Origin: an uncultured delta proteobacterium
GTDB taxonomy: Bacteria; Desulfobacterota; Binatia; UBA9968
Assembly (NCBI GenBank): GCA_963847445.1
Contig: CAWJZV010000011.1
Coordinates: 1-64,000 of the forward strand
Direction: 5' to 3'
DNA: 64,000 nt
The first letter of the stretch is position 1, and each line of letters opens with the position of its first letter. Shown here piece after piece: positions 41,135 through 51,655 of the stretch. The notes under the pieces are model-generated. The model was not told where the DNA came from. It searched no databases and saw only the letters and a list, made by a program, of their open reading frames with translations. The translations under genes were made by a program, and so were the position numbers.

Positions 41135-42149
41135 TTATTTATAGAGCTTGTCGATGTAGCCGCTGGACTCGAGTTCCTTCAAAAAACTCACGTCGGTAAA
41201 GTCACTCGGTTTGGCCTGGCCGGCTTTGGGGTTTTTCACCTTTAGTTGGTCGAGAAAGAGCTGGATGCCGGGCTCGGTCGGATAGGGCACGCGTCGGGTC
41301 AGCTTGACGACGATTTCATTGTAGGCTTCTTCGACGGACTTTCTCGTCTTTGATCGCCAGATATTTTTGCAGGATCTTCTGCGCGCCCTTGGCATTGGTC
41401 AGATTGTAATGGCTGCCCTCGACGTAAGCTCGCAAGAAGCGGCGCACGGTGTCGGGCCTTTTTTTGATGTAGTCGCGGGTGACGGCGACGCCGTTTTGCT
41501 GCCATTCGACGTCGAGCTTGGTGAAATCGAGCAGCGCGCGAAAGCCGAGCTCTTTGGCTTTGAGCGTTTCCGGCGCTTGCAGCAAGCGTCGCCTGAAGCG
41601 CGTTGCCCTGCATGGCGGCCAGGCGCGCTGGAATATTGCCGGCTTGCACGTAGGTGACTTCACTTTCCTTGACGCCGAGCTTGTCGAAAACGGTGATCGC
41701 GGCGGCGTTGATCGGCGCTGCCGATGCGGCTGACGCCGAATTTCTTGCCTCTCAGATCTTCCACTCGCTTGATCTCGTCGGTGACGAAAAGCACGTAAGG
41801 AAAGCGATTGGCTCCGCCCGCAACCAGCACGGTGCCGGACCCTTGCAGGTTGCTGGTGACCACCGCGGAAGCTCCGGCGTGGACGATCGGTGTTTCACCC
41901 GAGACCAGGGCGGCGATGGCCAGCGGCGCGCCGACGAGCAGGACCAAGTCGACGTCGAGTCCGTGCTTGGCAAACAGGCCCAGATCTTTGGCGGTCCAGA
42001 TGGTTGCCTGGGTCGGCGCGATCACCGTGTAAGCGACGCGCAGTTTTTCCATTGGCGTTTGCGCCCCGGCATGAGAATGCGCCAGCGAAATTGCCATCGA
42101 CTACGCAAAGGAGCGAGAGCGGTCTATTCAAGATGCGATTTTTCATCAC
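41135..42149 (-). CDS. NitT/TauT ABC substrate-binding protein (frameshifted)
   Basis: GLFAKHGLDV; DLRGKKFGVSRIGS; FL.ELESSGYIDKLY. Confidence 0.8.
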
Positions 42150-42242
42150 GAAATAATCTCCAGGGAATGGGCTGATTGACCGGTAAACGCCGGCCCGTGG
42201 CCTCGGTTCATCTGTAACCCAAGTCGGCGGATTTAAAAAGCC

Positions 42243-42986
42243 TCACGCGGCCGCACGCCAGGGCGTTAAACGGCGATCGAGGTTTTGAATCAATGCCAAC
42301 AATGCCACGGCGAGCAGGACGATGGTCAAGATGGTGGCGAACAGCGCCGCCGAATTGAACGACGCGCTAAATGTCATCAGCATGGCGCCAAAGCCGACCA
42401 CGGCGAGAATCATTTCGCTGGTGACCATGCCCAACACCGCCCGTCCCATGCCGAGACGGATTCCGGCCATGATCATCGGCAGGGCGGCGGGCAGGATGAT
42501 TTTCAAAAACAGCTCGCTCTCTTTGGCGCCGAAGGACTTGGCCATTTCGGTCAGCGTCGGATCGACGTTGCGCACGCCGGCGGTGGTGTTGATGGCGATG
42601 ATGACGAAGGCGAACAGAAAAACGATCCAGACTCGCGAGTGGAGGCCGAGGCCGAAGGCGATGACTAAAAATGGGATGAACGAAATCATCGGCACCGTGA
42701 GCAGCGCGGTCATGTAGATATCGAGAAAAGCTTCGAGCCGGCGGTAGCGGCCCATGAGCAACCCCAGCGGGACAGCGAACAGCACCGACAGAACGAAACC
42801 GATGGTGAGCGCCTGCAAGCTCACGGCGAGGGCTTGGAAGAGTTGGCCGGAGACCAGCAGGTCGAACCACACACTCAGGACTTTCGAGATCGGCGGCAGC
42901 AAGCGGGCGTTGCCGGTGCGGCCGGCGATCTCCCAGGCCGCGCCGAGGGTAATGAGGGAGAGTAGTCTGAGCGTGTTGGGTTTCAT
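42243..42986 (-). CDS. ABC permease
   Basis: EMAKSFGA..IILPAALP EAA-like loop. Confidence 0.9.
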   Translation of the reverse strand: MKPNTLRLLSLITLGAAWEIAGRTGNARLLPPISKVLSVWFDLLVSGQLFQALAVSLQALTIGFVLSVLFAVPLGLLMGRYRRLEAFLDIYMTALLTVPMISFIPFLVIAFGLGLHSRVWIVFLFAFVIIAINTTAGVRNVDPTLTEMAKSFGAKESELFLKIILPAALPMIMAGIRLGMGRAVLGMVTSEMILAVVGFGAMLMTFSASFNSAALFATILTIVLLAVALLALIQNLDRRLTPWRAAA

Positions 42987-43000
42987 TCTGTGTTGCGGGG

Positions 43001-43026
43001 AGGGCGGGTTTAAAACCCGCCCCTAC
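43001..43026. repeat. REP-like hairpin GGGCGGGTTTAAAACCCGCCCCTAC
   Basis: Same hairpin as in composite copies A, B and C. Confidence 0.75.
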
Positions 43027-43053
43027 GCGAACGCCTTATGAACGGCTGACAGT

Positions 43054-44038
43054 TTATTTTCGGCCGATCTTCTTGAGCACGCGGTCGAGGGGGCCGGTGT
43101 CGAAGGATTGCGCGAAGCTCACCGCGCCTTTTTTCAGCAGTCCGGCATCCTCGAAAAACTTAATGCTGGCATCGCCGCGCTCTTTACCGGCGCCGCCGTT
43201 GATATCCCAGATGCGCAGCTCTTTGTAATTCGCCGCGATGGCGTCGATCAGTTCAGGTTTGGTCTCGGGCAGCAGCCGGAGGGCGTTTTCGCGCACCGAC
43301 GCGGGCCGTTCCTCGGCGTTGCGGTGGGCGCGCAGGAGCGCTTCCATCACGCTATCGACGGCGGCGCTTTCTTTTTGCAAGTAATCGGCGCGGGCAAAGT
43401 ACATGGAGCCGATCAGTTGCGGGAAGATCTTGGCGTAGGAGATCAAGACATGAAACTGGCCGGGCTTGGCGTTCAAAATATTCAGCACGTCGACGATCTC
43501 CGCCGGGGTGGCGTCGAGCTGGCCGCGCATGATCGCTTCGGCGCGCACATCCGAGCCGGGAATAATCAGCCAGTTGGGCGCGATCTTGAAGTGCTGCGCC
43601 ATCCATTTGACCAGCGCCTCGGTGACGGTGATCGGCGCATGGTAGCCGACCCGCTTGCCGTCGAGCTGCTTGGGGTCTTTGAACGACACCGGCGTTACCA
43701 GTTGCCATTCGTTGCGCACTTGCTCGCCGATCACCCTGACGTTCATGCCGCTTTCCACCGCCTTGATGACGGCGATGCCGGCGGCGGAGCCAATGTCAGC
43801 TTCGCCGGCGACCACCGCTTGGACGGCGAGATCGGTGCGCGGGAAAAAAGTCGGGACAACTTCGATGCCTTGCTTCTTGAGCTGTTCCCAAGCGAGCAGT
43901 GACGGTATGTCACCCATGTCGGCCGACGATGGGTAGGCGAAGCGGACTTTTTTCTGGGCTTGCGCCGGTCCGGTCACCGCGAGCTCCGACGGCAAGCACG
44001 ATCAGTAGGGCGGATAATCTTACGAGTGACCTGGTCAT
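43054..44038 (-). CDS. NitT/TauT ABC substrate-binding protein (frameshift in signal peptide)
   Basis: AGGAGG RBS; LDGKRVG; RAEAI..GQLDA. Confidence 0.85.
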
Positions 44039-44062
44039 AGGAATCCCTCCTGGTTTAATCGA

Positions 44063-44818
44063 CTATTCGACAGCGACTTCGACTTTCCAGCCGGTGAGAC
44101 GACGATCGAGCAATTGGACCAGCTTCATGGCGATCATGGCGACAATTAAGATCGTCAAGATCACGGCGAACAGCGCGTCGGTGGCGAAGGCCGAGCCGTA
44201 TTGCATGATCATGGCGCCGATGCCGGTGAGGGTCAGCAGCATTTCCGCGGTGACGATGCCTTTGACCGCGCGTCCCATGGCGAGGCGGACGCCGGCCATG
44301 ATCGCCGGCATGGCGGCGGGCAGAATGATTTTTAGAAACGTTTCTTTCTCCCTGGCGCCGAAGGAACGCGCCATCTCAAGCAGCACACGGTCGACCTGTT
44401 TGACGCCGGTCATGGTGTTGATGATGACGACGAACACGGCGAAGAGAAAGACCACGGCGATGCGCGATTGCACGCCGAGACCGAACCAGAGGATCAGCAC
44501 CGGCACGAAGGCGGTGGTGGGCGCCGACATCAGGGCGTTGACATAAAGATCGAGAAAATGCTCGACGGCGCGGAAGCGGCCCATGAGCAGGCCGATGACG
44601 ATGCCGACTAAGACCGCCAGGAAAAAGCCGACGACCATGGTCCAGAGGCTGGCGCCGAGATTGGGCAATAGTTTGCCGCCGAGCAATAGTTTGTACCAGG
44701 CTGCGGCGATTTGCGTCAGCGGCGGGATCAGCATCGAGTTGGCCATGCGCCCGGCGATTTCCCAAACCGCGGCCAAGGAGAGGATCGACAGCGCATTCAT
44801 TTTAAATTGGCTATGCAA
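44063..44818 (-). CDS. ABC permease
   Basis: EMARSFGA..IILPAAMP. Confidence 0.9.
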   Translation of the reverse strand: MHSQFKMNALSILSLAAVWEIAGRMANSMLIPPLTQIAAAWYKLLLGGKLLPNLGASLWTMVVGFFLAVLVGIVIGLLMGRFRAVEHFLDLYVNALMSAPTTAFVPVLILWFGLGVQSRIAVVFLFAVFVVIINTMTGVKQVDRVLLEMARSFGAREKETFLKIILPAAMPAIMAGVRLAMGRAVKGIVTAEMLLTLTGIGAMIMQYGSAFATDALFAVILTILIVAMIAMKLVQLLDRRLTGWKVEVAVE

Positions 44819-44878
44819 TTGTCGTCACCCTCGCCATCTACCTGCGCTCACTTTCATTGGCTATGAGAACCCCTTGGC

Positions 44879-45658
44879 TCAATGGCCATTCTCCATCGCT
44901 TTCTTGAGACTATCCCAGATGTAATTGGTCAACTCGACGAATTTAGGGTCGCGCCGAACTGCTTCGGCGCTGCGCGGGCGCGCCAGCGGGACGTCGAGGA
45001 TTTCGGCGACTTGGCCCGGCCGCGGCGTCATGACGACGACGCGGTCGGATAGGTAGACCGCTTCGTCCATGCTGTGGGTGATGAAGATCACGGTCTTGCG
45101 CTCGCGCTGCCAGAGTTCGAGCAACTCTTCTTGTAAGAGCTGGCGGGTCTGGGCGTCGACGGCGCCGAAGGGCTCGTCCATCAACAAGATCGACGGATTG
45201 ACCGCCAGGGCGCGGGCCAGACCGGCGCGCTGCTGCATGCCGCCGGAGAGTTCATGGGGATAGTGGGTTTCAAAATCGCTCAAGCCGACACGCTGCAAGC
45301 AGTCGCGGGCGATCTCGGTACGTTGCTGGGCGCGCATCTGGCGCAGCTCGAGACTGAACTCGACATTGGCCAACACCGTGCGCCAGGGCAGCAGCGCGAA
45401 GGTTTGAAAGACTAGCGCGCGGTCCGGGCCGGGCGCGGTGACTGGCTTGCCAGCGATGGAAATCTTGCCGCTGTCGTAGGGAATCAGACCGTCGATCATC
45501 TTGAGCAGCGTCGTCTTGCCGCAGCCGCTCGGACCGATGATGCTCAAAAACTCGTTCGCGCGAATCGAAAGATTCACATCCGTCAGAGCTTTCACCTCGG
45601 TGGTGTGTTCCTTGACGGTCTTGTGAAAACTTTTCGAGACCCGCTCGATTTCTACCAT
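44879..45658 (-). CDS. ABC ATP-binding protein
   Basis: GPSGCGKTT, LSGGMQQ, MDEPFG and ITHS motifs. Confidence 0.93.
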   Translation of the reverse strand: MVEIERVSKSFHKTVKEHTTEVKALTDVNLSIRANEFLSIIGPSGCGKTTLLKMIDGLIPYDSGKISIAGKPVTAPGPDRALVFQTFALLPWRTVLANVEFSLELRQMRAQQRTEIARDCLQRVGLSDFETHYPHELSGGMQQRAGLARALAVNPSILLMDEPFGAVDAQTRQLLQEELLELWQRERKTVIFITHSMDEAVYLSDRVVVMTPRPGQVAEILDVPLARPRSAEAVRRDPKFVELTNYIWDSLKKAMENGH

Positions 45659-45677
45659 TCTTGTCGCCTATCGGCTC

Positions 45678-45779
45678 CCGTTCAAAACGTTCAAGCCGTT
45701 CAATTCGTTCAAGACGTTGTCGGACTCCGAACCTCCGAAAACGGTTTGAACGGTTTGAACTATTTGAACGGCTTGAACC
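45678..45779. repeat. Inverted arrays of 9-bp CGTTCAA / TTGAACG units
   Basis: Four GTTCAA units, a spacer, then four TTGAAC units. Confidence 0.8.
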
Positions 45780-45791
45780 TCTTGTTCCGAT

Positions 45792-47225
45792 CTATTTTCC
45801 GGTGATCACCTTGTCGTCCTTGCCCGGCTCGTAGGGGCGGGTGTCGCGATTAAGATCGATCTTGTTCAATACCGCGTCAGGCGCCTGGGCTTCTTTGGGG
45901 AAGTCATAGGGCGGCAGCGGTTTGGTGGCGTCGAAAATCAATTTGGTTTCCATCGGACCGCGCTCCATACGGTTGTAGCCGTAGGCGGTGGGGTTCAAGT
46001 GCGAGCCGATGATGTTCGGGATGATCACCAAGTCGCGGTCGGCTTGGAAGCGCATCGCCAACGCCCACAGCACTTGGTTTTCGTTGAAGACATCGACATC
46101 GTCGTCGACGACGATGACATGTTTGATATTGGGATCGGTGACGATGGCGCCCAGGGCTGCTTGCTTGGGATCGCCTTCGGCGCGTTTTTTGACCGAGATG
46201 TAGCAATGGGAGCGGGCGGCGCCGGAGATCGGCAGGTTAACCGCAGTGGTGCTGGGGACAACTTCCTGCACCCGTTTGAGCAGACTGCCGAGCCGCGGCG
46301 CGGCGCCGATGATGTTGTGTTCGATGTGGGCGCTGTGAATGCTCTGGTAGATCGGATTTTTCTTCATGGTGATGGCGCTCACCTCGATGTAGGGCTGCTC
46401 GCCCTCCTTGTAATAGTAGTGCGGCCATTCACCGAAGGGGCCTTCGTACTGGCGCTTCTTGGGCGGCACGACGCCTTCGATGATGATCTCGCAATGGGCC
46501 GGCACCATCAGATTGACGGTCTCGGCTTTGACGACTTCCAAGGACTCGCCGAGGAATGCGCCGGCGATCTCCAGTTCCGAACCGACGCCGGCCTGCTTGC
46601 TGACCGCCGCCATGTTGAGCGCCGGATGATGGCCGATGCAGAGCGCGACTTCCATCGGCTCGTTGTGATCTTCGTATTCGGCGCGCACGTAGTTGGCATG
46701 GTTGGCCGGATTGACCATCAAGCCGAGTTGCCGTTTGCCCTGTTTTTGATGGCGATAGATGCCGACGTTGACTTCGCCGGTGCCACGTTCCTTGCAGATC
46801 AACGCCGCCGCGTTGACGTAGGCGCCGGCGTCGCCTTCGTTATGGGTCAAGACGGGGAGCAAGTCTAAATCGGCTTGCTCGCCTCTCAAGATCACTTCTT
46901 TGCACGGAGCGTCTTTGGCGGCGATCTCTTTGACCGGCAGCGGTTGGTGCTCGCGATGGGCCAGGTCTCGGACCATTTGCGGGACGTTGGGCGAACCGAG
47001 CGCCAAGGCCAAACGCTCGTAGGTGGCGCCGAGATTGACGATCGCCGGGATCTTGGAACCCTTGACGTTTTTGAAAAACACCAAGGGAAATTTATTCTCA
47101 CGTTCAAATTTTTCGACGATGGCGGTGACTTCGTAAACCGGATCGACTTCCTTGTCGACGACGACGACATCCTTGGGACGCTTCTCCAACAACTCATCGA
47201 GATAACTGCGCAGATCTTTTGACAT
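45792..47225 (-). CDS. UbiD family (prFMN-dependent) decarboxylase
   Basis: DLR.YL, NVGIYR, EGPFGE and VDDDVD..V.WA..R motifs. Confidence 0.93.
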   Translation of the reverse strand: MSKDLRSYLDELLEKRPKDVVVVDKEVDPVYEVTAIVEKFERENKFPLVFFKNVKGSKIPAIVNLGATYERLALALGSPNVPQMVRDLAHREHQPLPVKEIAAKDAPCKEVILRGEQADLDLLPVLTHNEGDAGAYVNAAALICKERGTGEVNVGIYRHQKQGKRQLGLMVNPANHANYVRAEYEDHNEPMEVALCIGHHPALNMAAVSKQAGVGSELEIAGAFLGESLEVVKAETVNLMVPAHCEIIIEGVVPPKKRQYEGPFGEWPHYYYKEGEQPYIEVSAITMKKNPIYQSIHSAHIEHNIIGAAPRLGSLLKRVQEVVPSTTAVNLPISGAARSHCYISVKKRAEGDPKQAALGAIVTDPNIKHVIVVDDDVDVFNENQVLWALAMRFQADRDLVIIPNIIGSHLNPTAYGYNRMERGPMETKLIFDATKPLPPYDFPKEAQAPDAVLNKIDLNRDTRPYEPGKDDKVITGK

Positions 47226-47377
47226 GGCAACCAACCTCAGCTTTCTAGAATTGAAAATGGCTGAACGCTTGCCGTTCTGAAGCGAGCATTGCTTTTATGC
47301 TATGCTCGCAAACTCCCACTCATGTCAAGCCAGTTTGCTGCTTCAGCAAAACTTTGAAGAAGCCGGCGGACCCTTGA

Positions 47378-47527
47378 CCGTCATTCCCGCGAAAGCGGGA
47401 AGCCAGGATTATCGTCACCCCGGTGAAACCGGGTCCATCCCCATCGACGTAACTCAGGACACCGTTCTTCAACGGTCCGACCGACAGCAATCCGTAACCT
47501 GGATGCCCGCGTCCGCGCGCATGACGG
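47378..47527. repeat. Intron-free copies of the CGTCATTCCCGC hairpin family
   Basis: cgtcattcccgcgaaagcgggaagccagg (47379-47407); cctggatgcccgcgtccgcgcgcatgacgg (47498-47527). Confidence 0.8.
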
Positions 47528-47617
47528 CGGAGAATTCGCGGAGTTGTTTATTGAGCTATTGAATCACCACATCACCCGTTCCTTGACTCTCTCCGACGGT
47601 TCTTCTAACACAAAGTC

Positions 47618-48601
47618 ATGGTTAAGCTGCCGGTGAAATGGGGCATCAGCCTGCCCAACCGTGGCGCGCTGTTCGGTCTCACCGACGTCGAGGAACTCAT
47701 CCATACCGCGGTGCTGGCTGAGCAATCCGGTGTCTTCGACTCGGTGTGGTTTGGCGATAGTTTGATTCATAAACCACGGCTTGAAGCAATTACCATGCTA
47801 GCGGCGGTGGCGACCCATACCAAGAAAGTTCGCCTTGGCACCATCTGCATGGCATCGTTTCCAGTGCGCCATCCGGTCTTGCTGGCGATTCAATGGGCGT
47901 CCCTCGATCAGATTTCCCAAGGCCGGTCGCTGCTCGGCGTCTGCATCGGCGGCGGTCATGAAGGCGAGCTGCGCGCTTTCGGCGTCAAAAAAGAAGAACG
48001 GGTCGGCCGCATGCGCGAGGGTATCGAGCTGCTGCGGCAGATTTGGAGCGACCGGAACAGTTCGTATCACGGCAAGTATTACACTCTCGAAGACTACAAC
48101 ATCGTGCCCAAGCCGGTACAAAAGCCGCCGCCGATCTGGATCGCCGTCAGTCCCGACCGCGAGCAGGTGGGCGACAGGATCGTCGATCAAGCGATGCGCC
48201 GCGTCGGTCTCCTCGCCGACGGCTACATCACCATGGGCGTCACCGCCGAAGAATTGGGCAAGCGCCTGATAATTATTGAGCAGACGGCCCAGGAAATCGG
48301 CAAGGATTTGTCCAACTTTGAAGTTGCCATCCACGGCATGGTCAACATCAATGACGACCGGGCATTGGCTTACCAGCAGTCCAAGGATTACTTCAATCAT
48401 TATTACGGCCCGACCTATCCGCCGGAGAGCCTGATCAAGATTTGGCTCGCTCACGGTGCGCCGAAAGATTGCGCAAAATTAATTCAACAATGGCTCGACA
48501 TGGGTATCACCACGCCGGTGCTGCGCTTCACCGCGCAGGATCAGCCGGGGCAGGTGAAGCGATTTGTCGACGAAGTGCTGCCGCTGTTGCGGATGGGCTG
48601 A
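47618..48601 (+). CDS. LLM class flavin-dependent oxidoreductase
   Basis: FDSVWFGDS, AAVATHT..VRLGT, ASLDQIS.GR and PKPVQ.PPPIWI motifs. Confidence 0.9.
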   Translation: MVKLPVKWGISLPNRGALFGLTDVEELIHTAVLAEQSGVFDSVWFGDSLIHKPRLEAITMLAAVATHTKKVRLGTICMASFPVRHPVLLAIQWASLDQISQGRSLLGVCIGGGHEGELRAFGVKKEERVGRMREGIELLRQIWSDRNSSYHGKYYTLEDYNIVPKPVQKPPPIWIAVSPDREQVGDRIVDQAMRRVGLLADGYITMGVTAEELGKRLIIIEQTAQEIGKDLSNFEVAIHGMVNINDDRALAYQQSKDYFNHYYGPTYPPESLIKIWLAHGAPKDCAKLIQQWLDMGITTPVLRFTAQDQPGQVKRFVDEVLPLLRMG

Positions 48602-48603
48602 AG

Positions 48604-48693
48604 ATTGGAGTAATGGAGTACTGGAGTGTTGGAGTAATGGGTTGCGGATTTCCTACCCAACATTCCATCACTCCAATACTCCACCACTCCAAT
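48604..48693. repeat. Inverted 8-bp TGGAGTNN arrays with conserved loop
   Basis: Same architecture and loop as 36441-36514. Confidence 0.8.
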
Positions 48694-48714
48694 TTGGAAG
48701 TTTGAGGTTTTTCT

Positions 48715-50061
48715 ATGTTTGACGATCTACGAGATTTTCTCGCCCACCTGGAAGACTTGGGGCAGTTGAAGCTGGTCAAAGACGAGGTCAGCGTCAAGCA
48801 CGAGATCGCCGCGGGCATGCGCAAGACCTCGGACATCGAAGGGCCGGCGCTGCTGTTCGAAAACGTGAAAAACTATCCCGACTGGCGCGTGCTCGGCGGT
48901 TTGTTCGCGACGCGCAAACTCGTCGCTCTCGGTCTCGGCGTGCCGCAGGACGAGCTGCTCGAGCGCTATATGACCTTGGAAGACAAGCGCATCCCGCCCG
49001 AGATCGTTGCCACCGGTCCGTGCAAGGAAATCAAATGGACCGGCGAGCAAATCGACCTGACCAAGCTCCCCATCGTCACCCACGCGAGCAAAGACTGCGG
49101 CCCCTACGTCACCATCGGCATGCAGATCGGCAAAGATCCTGACACCGGCATTCGCAATCTTTCCGTCCACCGCATGCTGGTGCTGGGCAAGGACAGGTTA
49201 TCGCTCTGGGCGCCGGCCGATCACCATCTCGGCCGGATGATTTTGAAGGCCGAGGAAAATGGCAAGGGATTGCCGGTCGCCACCGCGGTGGGCGTGGAGC
49301 CGTCGATCGTCGTCGCGTCGCAAGCGCGGGTGCCCTACGGCATCGACGAATTTCACGTCGCCGGCGGCCTGCGCGGCGGCGCGGTGAAGCTGGTGAAATG
49401 CGAAACCATCGATGTCGAAGTGCCGGCCATGGCGGAGGTGATCATCGAAGGCGTGACGATCCCCGGCGAGCGCGTGCCGGACGGTCCTTACGGCGAGTAT
49501 CCCGGCTGTTATAGCGACGCCAAGCAGGCGCCGGTGTTGCAGGTGACCGCGATCACCATGCGCAAGCAGCCGATCTGGCAGACCGCGCTCACCGGCATGC
49601 CGGTGACGGAAAACCACACGCTGATCGAATACGGCAACGCCGCGGTGGTCCATCGTGAAGTGAAGAAGATCGTGCCGGAAGTCAAAGGCGTCAACATGAC
49701 GCCGGGCGGGACGTTTCGCCATCACGTCGTGGTGGCGATCAAGAAGCGCGCGGAGAACGAAGGGCGCAACGTCATTCTCGCGCTGTTGTCCATGGGCATC
49801 GGTTTGAAGCAAGTGATCGTCGTCGACGACGACATCGATCCCTTCGATCCGATGCAAGTCGACTGGGCGATGGCGACGCGCTTTCAGGCGGATAAGGATT
49901 TAATCGTCATCCCGCGCATCGCCTGCTCGACCCTCGACCCATCCTGCCCCGAAGCGCGGGTCACCGCGGGCATGGGCATCGACGCCACCGCGCCGTTGAA
50001 AGATCACTGGCGCTTCGAGAAGGTCGAGATCCCCGGCGTCGATAAGGTGAAGTATATTTAG
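48715..50061 (+). CDS. UbiD family decarboxylase
   Basis: DLRDFL, GPALLFEN, NLSVHR, DGPYGE and GIDAT motifs. Confidence 0.93.
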   Translation: MFDDLRDFLAHLEDLGQLKLVKDEVSVKHEIAAGMRKTSDIEGPALLFENVKNYPDWRVLGGLFATRKLVALGLGVPQDELLERYMTLEDKRIPPEIVATGPCKEIKWTGEQIDLTKLPIVTHASKDCGPYVTIGMQIGKDPDTGIRNLSVHRMLVLGKDRLSLWAPADHHLGRMILKAEENGKGLPVATAVGVEPSIVVASQARVPYGIDEFHVAGGLRGGAVKLVKCETIDVEVPAMAEVIIEGVTIPGERVPDGPYGEYPGCYSDAKQAPVLQVTAITMRKQPIWQTALTGMPVTENHTLIEYGNAAVVHREVKKIVPEVKGVNMTPGGTFRHHVVVAIKKRAENEGRNVILALLSMGIGLKQVIVVDDDIDPFDPMQVDWAMATRFQADKDLIVIPRIACSTLDPSCPEARVTAGMGIDATAPLKDHWRFEKVEIPGVDKVKYI

Positions 50062-50220
50062 AACTCGGAGGAAAGATATCTCGCGCAAAGGCGCCAAGGA
50101 TGCCAAAGCTCGGAATCGGGCGATATTCACGGTGTAGGAGCAATTCTCCCCGTGGTTGCCATGTCCGGTGGGCCGGCACATGGCGGCTTTGCGCCTTTAC
50201 GCGAAGAACCGAACAGTCTA

Positions 50221-51092
50221 ATGAAAAACTTCGACTACCTGGAACCCAAGACCGTCGCGGAAGCTTGCGCGCTGCTCAAGCAGCATGGCAGCGACGCGAA
50301 AGTCTTTGCCGGCGGCGCGCATCTGACCATTCTCATGAAGCAGGGATTGTTGGAACCGGCGTCATTAGTCAACATCAAAAAGATTGCCGAGCTTAAAGGC
50401 ATCCGCTTCGACGCTAGCGAAGGCTTGACCATCGGCGCGCTGGTGACCCACCGCGAGCTCGAAACATCCGCGCTGGTGCAAGAACAATGTCCCGTGCTGT
50501 GCGCGGCGGAACGGGAAGTCGCCAACATCCGCGTGCGCAACATGGGCACGGTGGGCGGCAATCTCGCTTCCGGCGAGGCGCTGACGGATCTAGCGCAAAT
50601 CTTTATCGCTCTCGACGGCAAGGTTAAGATCGCCGGTCCCAATGGACAGCGGACAATCGCGGTCGAAGAACTGTTTCTCGACTTTTACACGACCAGCTTG
50701 GCCGAAGACGAGATTCTCACTCAAGTTGTGTTGCCGCCGCTGCCGCGCGGTCGGGCATCGAATACATTCGCTTCTCCAGCAGCTCGGTGGTCGACAAGCC
50801 GTGCGCGGGCGTGGCGGTGCGGCTGACAGTGAATTCGGATGCGACGATACAAACCGCGCGCATCGTGCTTGGCTGTGTCGGCGCGACGCCGGTACGGGCG
50901 CGCCAGGCCGAGGCGTTGATTACGGGCAAGAAGCTGACCGCCGACTTGGCGTTAGAAGCCGGCAGCATTGCGTCGCAGGAGTGCAGTCCGACAAGCGACC
51001 TGCGCGGCTCGGAGAAATATAAGCGCGCGATTGTCGGCACGCTGGTGCAGCGCGCGGCGATGAAAGCGAGCGAACGTGCTTCACAAACTTGA
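50221..51092 (+). CDS. Molybdenum hydroxylase FAD subunit (CoxM/CutM-like), frameshifted
   Basis: FDYLEP, AGG, RNMGTVGGN and SDLRGSEKYKR motifs. Confidence 0.88.
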
Positions 51093-51102
51093 TTCGAACA
51101 TC

Positions 51103-51567
51103 ATGAAAAAAACTATTTCACTTAAAATTAATGGCAGCGAGCGTAGCGCTGAAGTCGAGGCGCGCACGACGCTGCTGGACTTGGTGCGGGAGCAGTTTGG
51201 ACTGACCGGCGCGAAGTTGGGCTGCGACATTCAAGTTTGCGGCGCGTGCACGTTGTTGGTCGATGGCAAGCCGGTGAGCGCGTGTTCGATGTTAGCTGTC
51301 GACGTGGACGGTTGCGCGATCGAGACCGTCGAAGGCTTGAGTAGCAAGGACAAGCTCCATCCGCTTCAGGAAGCGTTCATGGAGTTTGGCGCGCTGCAGT
51401 GCGGTTACTGCACTTCCGGCTTTATTCTCACCGCCAAGGCGTTGCTCGCCGAGTGTCCACAGCCATCCGATCAGCAGATTCGCGATTATCTGGCGGGCAA
51501 CTTCTGCCGCTGCGGTTGTTATCAGGAGATTGTGCAAGCGGTGAAAAACGTTAGGGGTGAGGCGTAA
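51103..51567 (+). CDS. Molybdenum hydroxylase 2Fe-2S subunit (CoxS-like)
   Basis: GC....CGAC; QCGYC; CRC motifs. Confidence 0.93.
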   Translation: MKKTISLKINGSERSAEVEARTTLLDLVREQFGLTGAKLGCDIQVCGACTLLVDGKPVSACSMLAVDVDGCAIETVEGLSSKDKLHPLQEAFMEFGALQCGYCTSGFILTAKALLAECPQPSDQQIRDYLAGNFCRCGCYQEIVQAVKNVRGEA

Positions 51568-51617
51568 GGAGTGAGGGGTTTTCCGGACGACCGAACGCCT
51601 TACTCCTCACCCCTTAC
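51550..51617. repeat. Inverted 7-bp (GTGAGG) arrays overlapping the CoxS stop codon
   Basis: gttaggggtgaggcgtaaggagtgagggg / cgccttactcctcacccctta. Confidence 0.7.
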
Positions 51618-51655
51618 GGAATTTAGGATACGAGTATCGAGGTTGTAGAGAACAA

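Noticed and set aside
45678-45779. Short periodic repeats as a CRISPR array
   Set aside because: Units are 7-9 bp without unique spacers, and there are no cas genes.
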